From a virus (taxonomy: Duplodnaviria > Caudoviricetes): DNA of 64,000 nucleotides. Shown one piece after another: positions 18,097 to 27,675 of this stretch. The notes beneath the pieces are model-generated. The model searched no databases. It was given only the letters and a program-made list of their open reading frames with translations, and had not been told where the DNA came from. Position 1 is the stretch's first letter, and every line of letters begins with the position of its first letter. The position numbers and the translations under genes are program-made. The stretch spans positions 1 through 64,000 of the IMG/VR virus record IMGVR_UViG_3300025597_000009; one strand, given 5' to 3'.

Positions 18097-18573
18097 TTAA
18101 GATTCAGTTAAGTGCTCTTGACAGTAATCACTAACCAGCTCAAACAGGGCTAGTATTTTTAGACTAGCACTTTCAGGGGGAAAGAAGTTGACTTTAGGCA
18201 GTTTAGGATGAGTACCCCCTAATTGCTCTAAAGAAACATACTGTCTGGCAATAGTAAAAGCATATACACATCCATAAGTAGGAGAAGATGAGTCAGTTAA
18301 ATCTAGTTTAGCTTCAATCTTTGCTACTACCTTCATTAGTCTATTCCAATCACTATGAAATCGAAGGTCTTTATGAGATCTTCCCAAATAAGCTTCACTG
18401 CTTTTTAAGTGCTTAGAATAGTCAAACCAAGTTTGATTAGTTGGGTTGTAGGGAACAGTCTTTCTCCACCATCCAGCAAATCTAGGATCACTTACTTCAT
18501 TATTGGGACGATACTCATAACCCATCCAGACAGCAATAGCCTTGTTTCTCTTGATTAATTCCTTATTAGTCAT
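18097..18573 (-). CDS. Hypothetical phage protein
   Basis: NKAIAVWMG...FHSDWNRLMKVVAKIE, a motif common in Bacteroidota phages. Confidence 0.65.
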   Translation of the reverse strand: MTNKELIKRNKAIAVWMGYEYRPNNEVSDPRFAGWWRKTVPYNPTNQTWFDYSKHLKSSEAYLGRSHKDLRFHSDWNRLMKVVAKIEAKLDLTDSSSPTYGCVYAFTIARQYVSLEQLGGTHPKLPKVNFFPPESASLKILALFELVSDYCQEHLTES

Positions 18574-18619
18574 AAAAGAAAGTTAGGAGTAACCTGCTAC
18601 AGCTACTCCCTATTCATTT

Positions 18620-18898
18620 TTAGATAACTACACCAAGGCTAGGCTTTACAGTACTCCCATCAGCCATGAAACTATGAGCCCAAGTTTGAGTATAATGCCC
18701 ACAAGGACAAACCCACCCATCTGCTGTAGCTATTAGTTCTCCATCACCCGTATGTAATCTACGTTCACATATGTCTGCTGGACCAGTGCTACAACAGGTG
18801 AATGGATGAAACCGGCCAGCTTGTTGGAATCGATTTAATTGTTCCACTTGCTCATCTGTGAAAGGAGCTGTCACTTTATCAAACATGTTTAGCTGCAT
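18620..18898 (-). CDS. Small Zn-binding protein
   Basis: HPFTC...WVCPC..YTQTWAH. Confidence 0.6.
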   Translation of the reverse strand: MQLNMFDKVTAPFTDEQVEQLNRFQQAGRFHPFTCCSTGPADICERRLHTGDGELIATADGWVCPCGHYTQTWAHSFMADGSTVKPSLGVVI

Positions 18899-19340
18899 AA
18901 AAATCTTTAGGTAGAATCACATTTCTGGGAGATTCCCATTTAGCAAATAGCTGATCAATTTCAGTCAGTTGAAAACCAGCTAAACCTGTACCCACTTTTG
19001 TTACATAGAAATGTAAATCAGGCCTGAATTGAGCAAATTTGTACAAGGTAAATACCTGACTACTAATAAGGGCCAACATATTTTTCTTATACATTAACCC
19101 ACCACGAGAATATTCATAAAAATCCTTAGTGATGATGGCATAACTTCTTCCCTGAAGACCCATAGGTACTCCAAATTTAGCTCCAAAATGATCCATAGCT
19201 GTTTTAGCTGAACCTGATTTATGGATTCCCTCTGTATTTGAACCAAATACCATGATTTCATAGGGTTCAGTTAAAATAGTGCCATCTAGGAAATCAGGAG
19301 TACTTTTGAATCTAAGTGCTTTTTGTTGTCTGCTAACCAT
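18879..19340 (-). CDS. A1S_2505 family (macrodomain-like) phage protein
   Basis: VFGSNTEGIHKSGSAKTA, FGAKFG, GRSYAIITK, FYVTKVGTGLAG. Confidence 0.8.
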   Translation of the reverse strand: MVSRQQKALRFKSTPDFLDGTILTEPYEIMVFGSNTEGIHKSGSAKTAMDHFGAKFGVPMGLQGRSYAIITKDFYEYSRGGLMYKKNMLALISSQVFTLYKFAQFRPDLHFYVTKVGTGLAGFQLTEIDQLFAKWESPRNVILPKDFYAAKHV

Positions 19341-19377
19341 CTACTTCTTTTCTTTAGCTTGTGTTTGTAGAGTTCAA

Positions 19378-19662
19378 TTAATAGTCTCCACCTGCTCCAG
19401 CTCCTCCACCAAAATCAGAGCCACCAAAATCTACAGTAGGCTCAGGAGTAGATGTGCTATCTACTGTGACAGTTGAATTAGAGTTAGTGTTATCTTCCCA
19501 CCAGGGTGATGTAGCTGGGTAGGAAGGTGTATCATCAGAAGATGAAGAACTTGAAGTATAGCTGCTACTAATGCGTGTGTAATCACGCTGATCTGCCCAA
19601 CTAAGACGATTGTACTCCATAGAACTGATTTGCTTACCAGTTCTGATGTGTTGATAATCCAT
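19378..19662 (-). CDS. Small protein with Ser-rich linker and Gly-rich tail
   Basis: Ends FGGSDFGGGAGAGGDY. Confidence 0.6.
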   Translation of the reverse strand: MDYQHIRTGKQISSMEYNRLSWADQRDYTRISSSYTSSSSSSDDTPSYPATSPWWEDNTNSNSTVTVDSTSTPEPTVDFGGSDFGGGAGAGGDY

Positions 19663-19690
19663 TATTTTTAAATAAGTTAGAAGTTAAAAA

Positions 19691-19876
19691 TTAATCTTGA
19701 TACCCACCAACTAAAACTGGATACCCCATGGTGGATGATGAGGTAGCTACATTGCTGGAGCTGGCCAGCACAACAGAGGAATCATCTATAAAGTGATAAT
19801 ACTGTTTCTCTTTCAGGGGAAGATTAAAATAAGCCGTGGGAGAAATGACTTTCCCAGTTTCATTATGCTTGTACAT
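19691..19876 (-). CDS. Small protein, paralog of 19378..19662
   Basis: Shared YxHxxTGKxISxxxY N-terminus. Confidence 0.55.
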   Translation of the reverse strand: MYKHNETGKVISPTAYFNLPLKEKQYYHFIDDSSVVLASSSNVATSSSTMGYPVLVGGYQD

Positions 19877-19877
19877 C

Positions 19878-20345
19878 TTACTTCAATTTAGATTGCACTA
19901 GCATACCACCCACAAAAGAACCAATTACTAACACTGGATTTTTAATCGATTGCCAGGTATTAATCCAGCTAACCCTCCTGGATATACGTTGAGTGGTTTG
20001 CTTAATAGTTGTAGTTTGTTTTAGCTGAATTTGTTGGTTTTGCTGAAGGGTGATAAGACTACTTTCCATGAGTTTCTGCTGTTCACCCCATTGATTCAAG
20101 GCTGAATCATAGCTAATGTTACAGGCATTTAACTGGCTGGATAAATCTCTGATAAGTAAATAACCTTGATCCAGTAGTCTTTCCTTTTCCAGTAATTTAT
20201 GCATTCTGGCTTTACTCACCAGCGTATCAGTCTGAATTAGTAGTCCAATGGGATCATCAGGGTCTACAACAACCTGACCAGTCACTGGACCACTCAAACA
20301 GCAGAAAAGAACAATTATTTTAATTTTTTGTAGGCAGTTTGCCAT
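19878..20345 (-). CDS. Secreted/membrane coiled-coil protein (spanin-like)
   Basis: N-terminal signal-like stretch with Cys, a coiled coil, and a C-terminal hydrophobic helix. Confidence 0.4.
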   Translation of the reverse strand: MANCLQKIKIIVLFCCLSGPVTGQVVVDPDDPIGLLIQTDTLVSKARMHKLLEKERLLDQGYLLIRDLSSQLNACNISYDSALNQWGEQQKLMESSLITLQQNQQIQLKQTTTIKQTTQRISRRVSWINTWQSIKNPVLVIGSFVGGMLVQSKLK

Positions 20346-20632
20346 TGATCTGCTTTTTTAAGGAGGATACTGTCCTGCTTTTTGAGCAAGTCATTTTCCT
20401 GTTTAAGTTTTAAAATCCAGGTGTTTTGGCTCTTCACAATCCCAAGTAGTTTAGTAAACTGAGCAAGAGAACGGTTTTGAAAACTCATCAAAGAATCCAC
20501 CTGTACTGTCAGCCGGTTAATCTGGGGAGTCGTTAGGTTGCTTGGTTTGAATAGTGTATACAAATTAACACTAACACTAAATAGTAGCACCAGAATTACA
20601 CCAATTTTGGTTAGTCTGTCTTTATTTTCCAT
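20315..20632 (-). CDS. Membrane-anchored coiled-coil protein (i-spanin-like)
   Basis: One N-terminal TM helix plus a coiled coil; overlaps the next gene. Confidence 0.4.
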   Translation of the reverse strand: MENKDRLTKIGVILVLLFSVSVNLYTLFKPSNLTTPQINRLTVQVDSLMSFQNRSLAQFTKLLGIVKSQNTWILKLKQENDLLKKQDSILLKKADQWQTAYKKLK

Positions 20633-20638
20633 TGAGTT

Positions 20639-20908
20639 TTAATGAGAAAGGCATTCAAGTTGCTGAGAATCTTGAATAAGGTAAACACATTTTAGAATTT
20701 CACAATCTTCTTTTATGAAGAGTTTATTGGTAAAACTTGTTATGCCACAGGTAACAGAAGTTTTTAGGTAAATACTCACCAATCTATAATCCTCTTTAAA
20801 AACATTACTTTCAATTACCCAAAACTGTTTCCCTATGTGGTGTCTATACCAGTATTTAGGCCCGGAAGCCCTTATTACTTCAACCAGAAATACTTTACGT
20901 TTTCCCAT
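20639..20908 (-). CDS. Small SH3-like paralog
   Basis: YWYRHHIG...EDCEILKC. Confidence 0.55.
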   Translation of the reverse strand: MGKRKVFLVEVIRASGPKYWYRHHIGKQFWVIESNVFKEDYRLVSIYLKTSVTCGITSFTNKLFIKEDCEILKCVYLIQDSQQLECLSH

Positions 20909-21149
20909 GAAATCGACATTTCAATATTTCACAATCTGATTTCTTAAGCACCTTAGTATGATAGGTTGGGCTCTTCAAATCACTCAGATCAGCCAGCCAC
21001 CAAAATGCTTCCATACCATCATCTACTACAGGAACTACCTGTCCAATTAATTTAGCATACCAGAAAATAGGTCTTTCAGCTTTTGTAATTTCTACAAAAT
21101 GGATTGTTTGATCTGCTGATACGGTAGAAGGTTCATAGCTAAATCTCAT
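20895..21149 (-). CDS. Small SH3-like paralog
   Basis: FWYAKLIG...SDCEILKC. Confidence 0.55.
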   Translation of the reverse strand: MRFSYEPSTVSADQTIHFVEITKAERPIFWYAKLIGQVVPVVDDGMEAFWWLADLSDLKSPTYHTKVLKKSDCEILKCRFHGKT

Positions 21150-21367
21150 ACTAATTTCGGTTTACATTTAAGTACCTCAGCATCTTCAATATCAATACCT
21201 AATCCTGAATGTCTAGTAGAACTAACTAATCTACTTTTCTTGTCAATCATACTTAATACTGAAATAGAGCTTCTGTAAACCAATTGAATGCTTTTTTCTA
21301 GCACAATATCACTTGTAAGATACCCATTAACTTCTACATAAAAACAAGTTGAAAAATCGACTGGCAT
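21146..21367 (-). CDS. Small paralog (degenerate)
   Basis: EDAEVLKC C-terminus. Confidence 0.45.
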   Translation of the reverse strand: MPVDFSTCFYVEVNGYLTSDIVLEKSIQLVYRSSISVLSMIDKKSRLVSSTRHSGLGIDIEDAEVLKCKPKLV

Positions 21368-21387
21368 AGCTAATAAGTGTGCTACTT

Positions 21388-21708
21388 TTATTTTCCTTGG
21401 AAATGGATGCGTTTATCTTCTTTCAAAGAAGAGAGTAAACTGATATAGGTTCTAATCCTAAGTGATAAGGAATTATTCAACCGCTCAGCCAGTAAGTTAG
21501 TGGCAAACTTCTCTTCACTTTTTTTATCTTTCCTATACCACAATTCAGCAGATGCCATTAAAGTACAGGAGTAAGAATACCACTGGTTTAACTCTGCTAA
21601 TTTTTCAGCAACAGCATCTCCATCTGTATAGTCTACCTGACTTTCCAGAACTGTCTGAACTTCCAGTAATCCTTTGCATACTTGCTCGTAGGTTTTAAAT
21701 AAGCTCAT
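21388..21708 (-). CDS. Hypothetical helical protein
   Basis: Packed ORF in the replication module. Confidence 0.6.
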   Translation of the reverse strand: MSLFKTYEQVCKGLLEVQTVLESQVDYTDGDAVAEKLAELNQWYSYSCTLMASAELWYRKDKKSEEKFATNLLAERLNNSLSLRIRTYISLLSSLKEDKRIHFQGK

Positions 21709-22142
21709 TATTTCAGTGTTACAGTTATAGTGTCATCTCCTTGAGTTTTCACTGGTGGGTAATAAGTAATTACCTCTCCACTAGTAGGATCAACTTCCTC
21801 AGTTGGCCCTTTTAATGTTTTCAAATATGTTTCATGTTTTTTGAGCATGTCATTGAGCTTAGTCCAAGTAGGATCAGTACTGAAATCCCAAGTGGTCCTT
21901 CCTTTAGTCCGTTTAAATTCAGCACCAAAGAATGTATCAGTTGTACCCAATTGCTTGGCTACATCTTCTCTAACTCGTTTCTCCAGGATACCCATTACCA
22001 GTTTCATCTTAGAAATTTCAACTAGTACCTGAAATGTATTTTTAGTAGCTATAGCATGATCAGCAAGCTTTTCTCCATAGCTAATTGTTTCAATTCTGTT
22101 TAATTCAAGAATACTATTCTTCTTGGCTAGCTCTTGCTTCAT
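21708..22142 (-). CDS. Conserved Bacteroidota phage protein
   Basis: VDPTSGEV...PPVK...ITVTLK motif. Confidence 0.6.
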   Translation of the reverse strand: MKQELAKKNSILELNRIETISYGEKLADHAIATKNTFQVLVEISKMKLVMGILEKRVREDVAKQLGTTDTFFGAEFKRTKGRTTWDFSTDPTWTKLNDMLKKHETYLKTLKGPTEEVDPTSGEVITYYPPVKTQGDDTITVTLK

Positions 22143-22149
22143 ATCTCTA

Positions 22150-22596
22150 CTACACTAAATCCCTTCTAAAAAACTTACCAAGAACATTATCATTAAAGTA
22201 TTCCTGTTTCCTGAGTACATTATGCTTCACCAAATATTCAACTTCCATATACGTAAGTTCACGTTTGGTTCTGCATAAACATAAAATAACCCTGGTAAAC
22301 TGACTGGAATCTTCTTGACTAACCAGTTTCTTCAATTCCTGATTAGAGCCAAAATATTGTTTCCAATTTGATTCTGTTGTTACTTTTCTTGGTCTACTTT
22401 TAGGCTTATTAAGTAACTCTTTTTTAGTAGGCCTAACTGTTTTTGTACTATAAAAATGCTTTTTGCCTATGTAGTACTGTTTTGAAGTTTTATTTCCTGT
22501 GTATGTAATTAGATATACAAAACCAACATAGCCCTCTGGTACTGTTTGTAATGGAGTCCCATTATAGTACCAAGGGTACTGGACTTTCTTGGGCAT
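22150..22596 (-). CDS. GIY-YIG-like endonuclease
   Basis: GFVYLIT...YYIGKK, ESNWKQYFGSN, FTRVIL, YFNDNVLGKF. Confidence 0.75.
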   Translation of the reverse strand: MPKKVQYPWYYNGTPLQTVPEGYVGFVYLITYTGNKTSKQYYIGKKHFYSTKTVRPTKKELLNKPKSRPRKVTTESNWKQYFGSNQELKKLVSQEDSSQFTRVILCLCRTKRELTYMEVEYLVKHNVLRKQEYFNDNVLGKFFRRDLV

Positions 22597-23596
22597 TTAT
22601 TAGTTGATCGTTGAGTAATTTTTGTAACATATAAGCTCCATAACGTTTACCATAATCCCAAGCATCTTTATACAACTTGTCATAGGTAAACAGAAGCTCA
22701 AATCCTTCTTGTTTTGACCAGATTTCTGCCTGTTTTCTACCTGTTGTGTCATAATCATAGAACAAGTATTTAGTAGGAAATCGGTTAATCGCTTTTAATT
22801 CTTCTTTTGTAAAGGTGTGTGTTTCTGTTAGTACTGTAATGGCATTAAAGCCTAATAGTTGCAGGAGAAACCAGTCTTTAATTGATTTGGTGATTAGAAT
22901 GTAGGAGTTTACTTTAGTAATATACCCCCATCCATATACGCCATTACTGGTTGACTGCCTAAATCGTTGAGTCCTGTCAGGCAATAGAGGTCTGTATATT
23001 TGATACTGATGTACTCCCAGCCTATAGGCAAATGTATATTGTTGCTTTTTTAACCAGAGATTACCATCCCACCACACATCCGACACTGAGTAAATACTAT
23101 GTGTGTTTAGGTTATTCTCTGTAACAACCATATCTGGAAGTTGCCAGAAAGACAACTCAGCTGATGTAATCTTCCTCTTTTTAACCTGAACCTGAGTGGA
23201 GGGCTTGAAAACCTTACCCGGCTGCTTAACTGGTGACCTGGGTTCTAATGCTATTGCACTGCAATCCAGTGTATTTAAGTGGAAATCTTCAATGATGTGA
23301 TCCAATGCTTCTTTAAAACTACATTGGTAGTATTCACACACCATATCAAAACAATCCCACTTTATTCCTCTGGCAAAATCATTGAACAATAGCCAACCTG
23401 AATCTGTATACCAAAACTTACAACCAGGACGCTCATCAGCTCTAAAGGGATTACAAACAGGTACTCCAGGGATGACTTCTAATCCTGTGTAATGTTCTAT
23501 CAGTTGCTCAGGAGACACAAGTTTTAAAATTTGATCTCTACTTACTAACTGATAAGCACTGGTTTGAAACATAAAATAGAGTAGGGAGCACTTCAT
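22562..23596 (-). CDS. DNA primase (crAss-like, TOPRIM)
   Basis: NPFRADERPGC...NDFA zinc-binding-like domain, ITKSIKD, YDYDTTG, KDAWD. Confidence 0.8.
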   Translation of the reverse strand: MKCSLLYFMFQTSAYQLVSRDQILKLVSPEQLIEHYTGLEVIPGVPVCNPFRADERPGCKFWYTDSGWLLFNDFARGIKWDCFDMVCEYYQCSFKEALDHIIEDFHLNTLDCSAIALEPRSPVKQPGKVFKPSTQVQVKKRKITSAELSFWQLPDMVVTENNLNTHSIYSVSDVWWDGNLWLKKQQYTFAYRLGVHQYQIYRPLLPDRTQRFRQSTSNGVYGWGYITKVNSYILITKSIKDWFLLQLLGFNAITVLTETHTFTKEELKAINRFPTKYLFYDYDTTGRKQAEIWSKQEGFELLFTYDKLYKDAWDYGKRYGAYMLQKLLNDQLINAQESPVPLVL

Positions 23597-23620
23597 AGTA
23601 CCCCCTACCTTACTCTTTAC

Positions 23621-24307
23621 TTAAAATGGATTATCAGTAACTTCCTCAAAAGGAATAGTTTCAGCAAAAGCTGGTTCAGCCATAGCAAATACAGGATTAT
23701 CCTGGAAGCTCATAGGCAATCCACCTCCAATGCTATCTTCTGGATCAGGAGCTTTGGCAATCAACTCATAGGTCAAGTTATCTTGGTAAGACCCAGATGT
23801 TGCATACTTGAACTTAGCTGGATTATCCATGGCCAGAATACTAGGTTCATTCTTAGAAACCCGAACAAAAGGATGAATGACTGCTTTAATTTCTTCTAGT
23901 GTCTTCCCTTCAAACTTAGTAGGGTCATATTCCACTTCTGTACCTTTGTAGTCCAGTTTTACCCGGACTTGAACAGGGAATACCTGCTCAGCAAAATAGA
24001 AGTCACAGAAATCTTTCCAAGTACCAAAGTTCTTACCCTCTTCCACTTTCCATCCAGGATGAAGCTGTTGTTTCAGAAAATCTACCTGCTTAACCACAAC
24101 GTCAATCCTTTTCTCAGAACTACCTGCTGGAGAGTAAATGCGTTTCTGTAATTCAACACCATCTACTTCGACAGTAAGTAAAGCAAATTCACTTCCATTT
24201 TCAGACATGAACTCATAGGACTTAACCTGCATCACTGTGCCATACTCTAAATCCTGTGGGAGGTTCAACACAACTGAAGTGTCTTTTGCTTGTTTGGTTG
24301 TAAACAT
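23621..24307 (-). CDS. Putative single-stranded DNA-binding protein
   Basis: Acidic tail ending DNPF; located in the replication module. Confidence 0.5.
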   Translation of the reverse strand: MFTTKQAKDTSVVLNLPQDLEYGTVMQVKSYEFMSENGSEFALLTVEVDGVELQKRIYSPAGSSEKRIDVVVKQVDFLKQQLHPGWKVEEGKNFGTWKDFCDFYFAEQVFPVQVRVKLDYKGTEVEYDPTKFEGKTLEEIKAVIHPFVRVSKNEPSILAMDNPAKFKYATSGSYQDNLTYELIAKAPDPEDSIGGGLPMSFQDNPVFAMAEPAFAETIPFEEVTDNPF

Positions 24308-24349
24308 ATAATTGGTTGTTTATTATAATTGAAAAAAAAACTTGTCAAA

Positions 24350-24376
24350 ATAAAAGGGGAGTGGTTAGCTCCCCCT
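24350..24376 (-). terminator. Intrinsic terminator
   Basis: GGGGAG-ctaacca-CTCCCC followed by TTTT on the minus strand. Confidence 0.55.
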
Positions 24377-24382
24377 GTTCTC

Positions 24383-24814
24383 TTATTCTTTAGCTGTTAT
24401 CTCATATACCTTTATCTTACTCCCTGAATCGTCTAGATCCACTGGTTTCAGATCAAAGTATGTGCTTACTTCTGGAGTAAGGAGATTAGCTAAAAGAGCT
24501 TTTAAGAAGGAAGATCGAAACTGATTGTTATTGGTAGTCTTTAAAAACTTTGGTTGTAAAGCCTTTTCACTACTTTCTGTGTCAGTTTGTACAAGGTATA
24601 CGTTGCCTGTATCATCAGTAGCAGCAGTCCAGCCTTGATGGTCTGTTTGAGATTCTATGAACCTCTTATCAATGGTGAACTTATCCTTGTCTGAATCATA
24701 TCGCAAATCAAATGTAGGAACTACACTTTTCACAGTTAATAACTCTTTTAGGTTAACTGAACCCTTTTTCACATTACTTTTTGGAATGAAAAGTAATTCT
24801 TGTAGTTTTTTCAT
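24383..24814 (-). CDS. Hypothetical protein
   Basis: 143 aa co-oriented ORF. Confidence 0.6.
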   Translation of the reverse strand: MKKLQELLFIPKSNVKKGSVNLKELLTVKSVVPTFDLRYDSDKDKFTIDKRFIESQTDHQGWTAATDDTGNVYLVQTDTESSEKALQPKFLKTTNNNQFRSSFLKALLANLLTPEVSTYFDLKPVDLDDSGSKIKVYEITAKE

Positions 24815-24904
24815 GATTTTTGTCTACTTAGAATTTATGAAGTATCAAATACAATAATAGCATCCATTGTATCTTATGTTTTCAACAATTTTCATTCCAA
24901 AACC

Positions 24905-26586
24905 CTAATCCTCTACTACAGAAGCATCTTGATCTTCTACTTCCACAAAGTTTGACTCATCCATACCTACAGCTGCTGCAATCTCTAGTGAGCTATAGAA
25001 TCCAAGTAATAAATCTGAAGCTACTTTATCTGCTCCATTGCTAAAAGCCCTGGCTGTAAGCATTGCTCGCATTTTGTTATCATAGGGTTTATTATCCCTA
25101 TTTCTTACTGTTTACCATACAGTAAGTTCAGCTTATATCATCAACTAGTAATTTAGTGTACAATTTGGATTTTCTGCCAACTCCAGTAAGTTGTTGAATC
25201 TTACTTCTTGAGTAACCAGCTTTTAGATATTGTTCTACAAGTTCTACTGTATTTCTAGTTAAATGTTGATGGAAGATTCTCTTACTGTTATTTACAACAG
25301 CTTCTTTATTCAACACTATACCTGCTCTCTTTTTTCTACCAGTACGATAACCAGAAACAGTCGTCAATGGTATACCTGTCATATCAGAAACTTCTTTAGG
25401 GCCATAACCCTGCTCAAAGTACTCATAAAGTTTAAGTATTACTTTATCTGAATATTTTGTAGAATTATGGGCTTCTCCTAGTTTGATTGGAGTTAGTCCT
25501 AGTCTAACAGCATGTAAACTATTCTCCTGATAGGTAACCCATTCCAGATTCTCTAATCTGTTGTTTCTTTTATTACCATCTTTGTGATTTACACATAATG
25601 GTTTACCTGTTACTGATTGTGTTAAGAAAACTTCTGCAACTAATCTGTGTACTCTTTTTCTAAGCCTTTTGTTTTGCTTACTTAAATTTACACACTCATA
25701 ACCAGTTGCTATATCTATACTAGTTACTAGTACTACTTGCTTTTTGAAACCTTTTTTAGGTATACTTCTAACTCTACCTAAATTTGAAATTTCATACAAC
25801 CCCTCATAGCCTATAATAGGCTTCCAAATTTCATCACTCATCACTCTAATTTACTAAAAAAGAGTCACTTATACTAGTTGGTAGGCACTCATGGATAGAT
25901 TATTGATTGGTTTATCTCACTATCTAAGCGTTGAACCTTCTCCATACTTATTAACCTTTCAGGAGCTTGGCTGCTGATTACCCAATATTGTATTTTTAAA
26001 ACATTCACACTTACCGTTTCCAGTTATGTTGTAGTATACAATACTATTATGGAGGGTTTCCAGCAATTCACCTACTTAACATTACCTATCACTAAGCAAT
26101 GCCCCCGACTTGAGGATATTTTACCCATCCTGAACCATCTTTAACTAGATCAGCTTTTCTAGCTTCCTTCATACTGAACAAGCCTGTTTCTACCATGGTA
26201 ATACCATTGATATGCCGGGTGAATTCAACTTTGGAAACTTGATCGATTAGCTTTAAACCTTCCTTTTCAAAAGGGAATTGCTCTATTGAACCATCTGAGT
26301 ACAAATAGATACCATCCCAAATAATCTTCCAGGTTACTCCTCCTCTTAATAATAAAGCTTTTTGGCCTTTTACAGAGAGCGTAAGTCTTCCTTTTATATT
26401 TTGAATGTAGCTAAAGGAAGTCATAGGAGTAAGTCCTAATTCTCTTCCATAGGTGGCTACAGTGAATGCCTCTTCAACTGATTTACAAGGAATCGTTTTA
26501 GAGTCAACTAAAGTTTGTAAAAACTGCCCTTGTGTCTGGATAGTCCAGTCCTCTCTAGGCAGCTGCTTTGCTAACTGATTTTGCAT
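24905..26586 (-). CDS. RecT/Red-beta-like ssDNA-annealing recombinase, spliced (exons 26586-26113 and 25069-24905; 212 aa)
   Basis: Exon 1: YGRELGLTPM, IKGRLTLS, ARKADL...GWVKYP. Exon 2: RAMLTARAFSNGADKVASDLLLGFYSSLE. Joining restores the WxKYPxxMLxARA motif. Confidence 0.82.
25070..26112 (-). mobile_element. Group I intron in the recombinase gene
   Basis: Exon ends in U (TATCCT|CAAGTCGGGGG, forming P1 with a G.U pair). Core motifs AATTGCTGGAAA, AATCAGCAGCCAAGC, GTTCAACGCTTAG, GATATAAGCTGAAC. Intron ends in G (ACAAAATG|CGA). Confidence 0.88.
25128..25844 (-). CDS. Intron-encoded NUMOD4/HNH homing endonuclease
   Basis: EIWKPIIGYEGLYEISNLGRVRS, VHRLVAEVF, VNHKDGNKRNNRLENLEW; C-terminal HTH. 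Confidence 0.92.
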   Translation of the reverse strand: MMSDEIWKPIIGYEGLYEISNLGRVRSIPKKGFKKQVVLVTSIDIATGYECVNLSKQNKRLRKRVHRLVAEVFLTQSVTGKPLCVNHKDGNKRNNRLENLEWVTYQENSLHAVRLGLTPIKLGEAHNSTKYSDKVILKLYEYFEQGYGPKEVSDMTGIPLTTVSGYRTGRKKRAGIVLNKEAVVNNSKRIFHQHLTRNTVELVEQYLKAGYSRSKIQQLTGVGRKSKLYTKLLVDDIS

Positions 26587-27670
26587 TAGGAATAAATGAT
26601 ACTGGTTTTTTAGACTGTGTGGTGATTAGATCATGATCCAGATAAAACTGAGTTAAAGCAACGGGATCACTGGGCCTAGGGAGTTCTTCTACATCCAGAT
26701 GGGCATTATCAATGTAAACCCCTACTCCTACTCCTTCTTCTCCATAAGAGCTTTTGACCACTCTCAGGTAACGGAAGTTGTTACCCATGGCTGCTATGTC
26801 ATAGCCATCATAGTCAGCAACCTCATATCGACTAGGATTGTAAATTGAGATTGCACAACTCACATCATCTGGAGTAGTCTTTACCTTAGCTAGATGCTCA
26901 ATCCTAGGGATAAACTTATCATCTACTTTCTTTCCTGAATTGGTATATTGAGAAGTAGTTGATTGCTTATCTGTCTGCTGGATATTAAAGATGGCACACT
27001 TATACACCATTTTAAGGGTTTGTTTGGTATAGTGTTCTGACCACCTCTTAATGCTCTCATACTCACTAGGATCATCCTTTTCTTTCTGAAGGGCATTGAT
27101 TGTATCAACTACCACTACAATCTTCAGATTAGGATTATTTTTCACATACAAGGTAGCTCCATCTACGACTTTCTTACTACCTATTTTAAGTAGTTGACCT
27201 TCTAGATATTTGAAAATAGAGCCTGGAGTTCTGTATTGATCCTGAATTACTACTTTTTGATCTAGTACATCTAACCAGGGTTTGATCAAGGCCAACTCTT
27301 CCAGGGCTGCCTGAGTTAACTGTTGTTTCTTATTTCTGAAATAATCTACACTGTATTGCTTTCCTGTCTTTCTATGAAGTAGATGAGCAAATATCTTGTA
27401 ATAGAGAATCTCAGCACTTAATTCCAGTGAAAAGTAGTAAGTCCTGAAATCATCTTTAGGGTGAGCAAGAATGTGATCAACTAGATCAATAATGGTTAGT
27501 TTGACAGCTAGGCCAGTTTTAGTTGTGCCAGTAGCTCCAAAGATTAAATAAGCTTCTTCTTCCCCAATTCCTCCCAAGTACTCGTTTAGTCGGGGCAGAT
27601 TGATATTCAAGCTAGTAACTTTATTATCAATCCTTCGCTGAATTGCTTTTACAGCCTGTATATAGGACAT
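26555..27670 (-). CDS. DnaB-like replicative helicase
   Basis: Walker A GATGTTKT, YFSLEL, VVVDT, IQQ, RVVKS. Confidence 0.8.
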   Translation of the reverse strand: MSYIQAVKAIQRRIDNKVTSLNINLPRLNEYLGGIGEEEAYLIFGATGTTKTGLAVKLTIIDLVDHILAHPKDDFRTYYFSLELSAEILYYKIFAHLLHRKTGKQYSVDYFRNKKQQLTQAALEELALIKPWLDVLDQKVVIQDQYRTPGSIFKYLEGQLLKIGSKKVVDGATLYVKNNPNLKIVVVVDTINALQKEKDDPSEYESIKRWSEHYTKQTLKMVYKCAIFNIQQTDKQSTTSQYTNSGKKVDDKFIPRIEHLAKVKTTPDDVSCAISIYNPSRYEVADYDGYDIAAMGNNFRYLRVVKSSYGEEGVGVGVYIDNAHLDVEELPRPSDPVALTQFYLDHDLITTQSKKPVSFIPNAKSVSKAAA

Positions 27671-27675
27671 GATGT

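Noticed and set aside
22150-22596. GIY-YIG gene as a fifth intron or mobile insertion
   Set aside because: The flanking genes are intact and abut it, and there are no group I core motifs around it.
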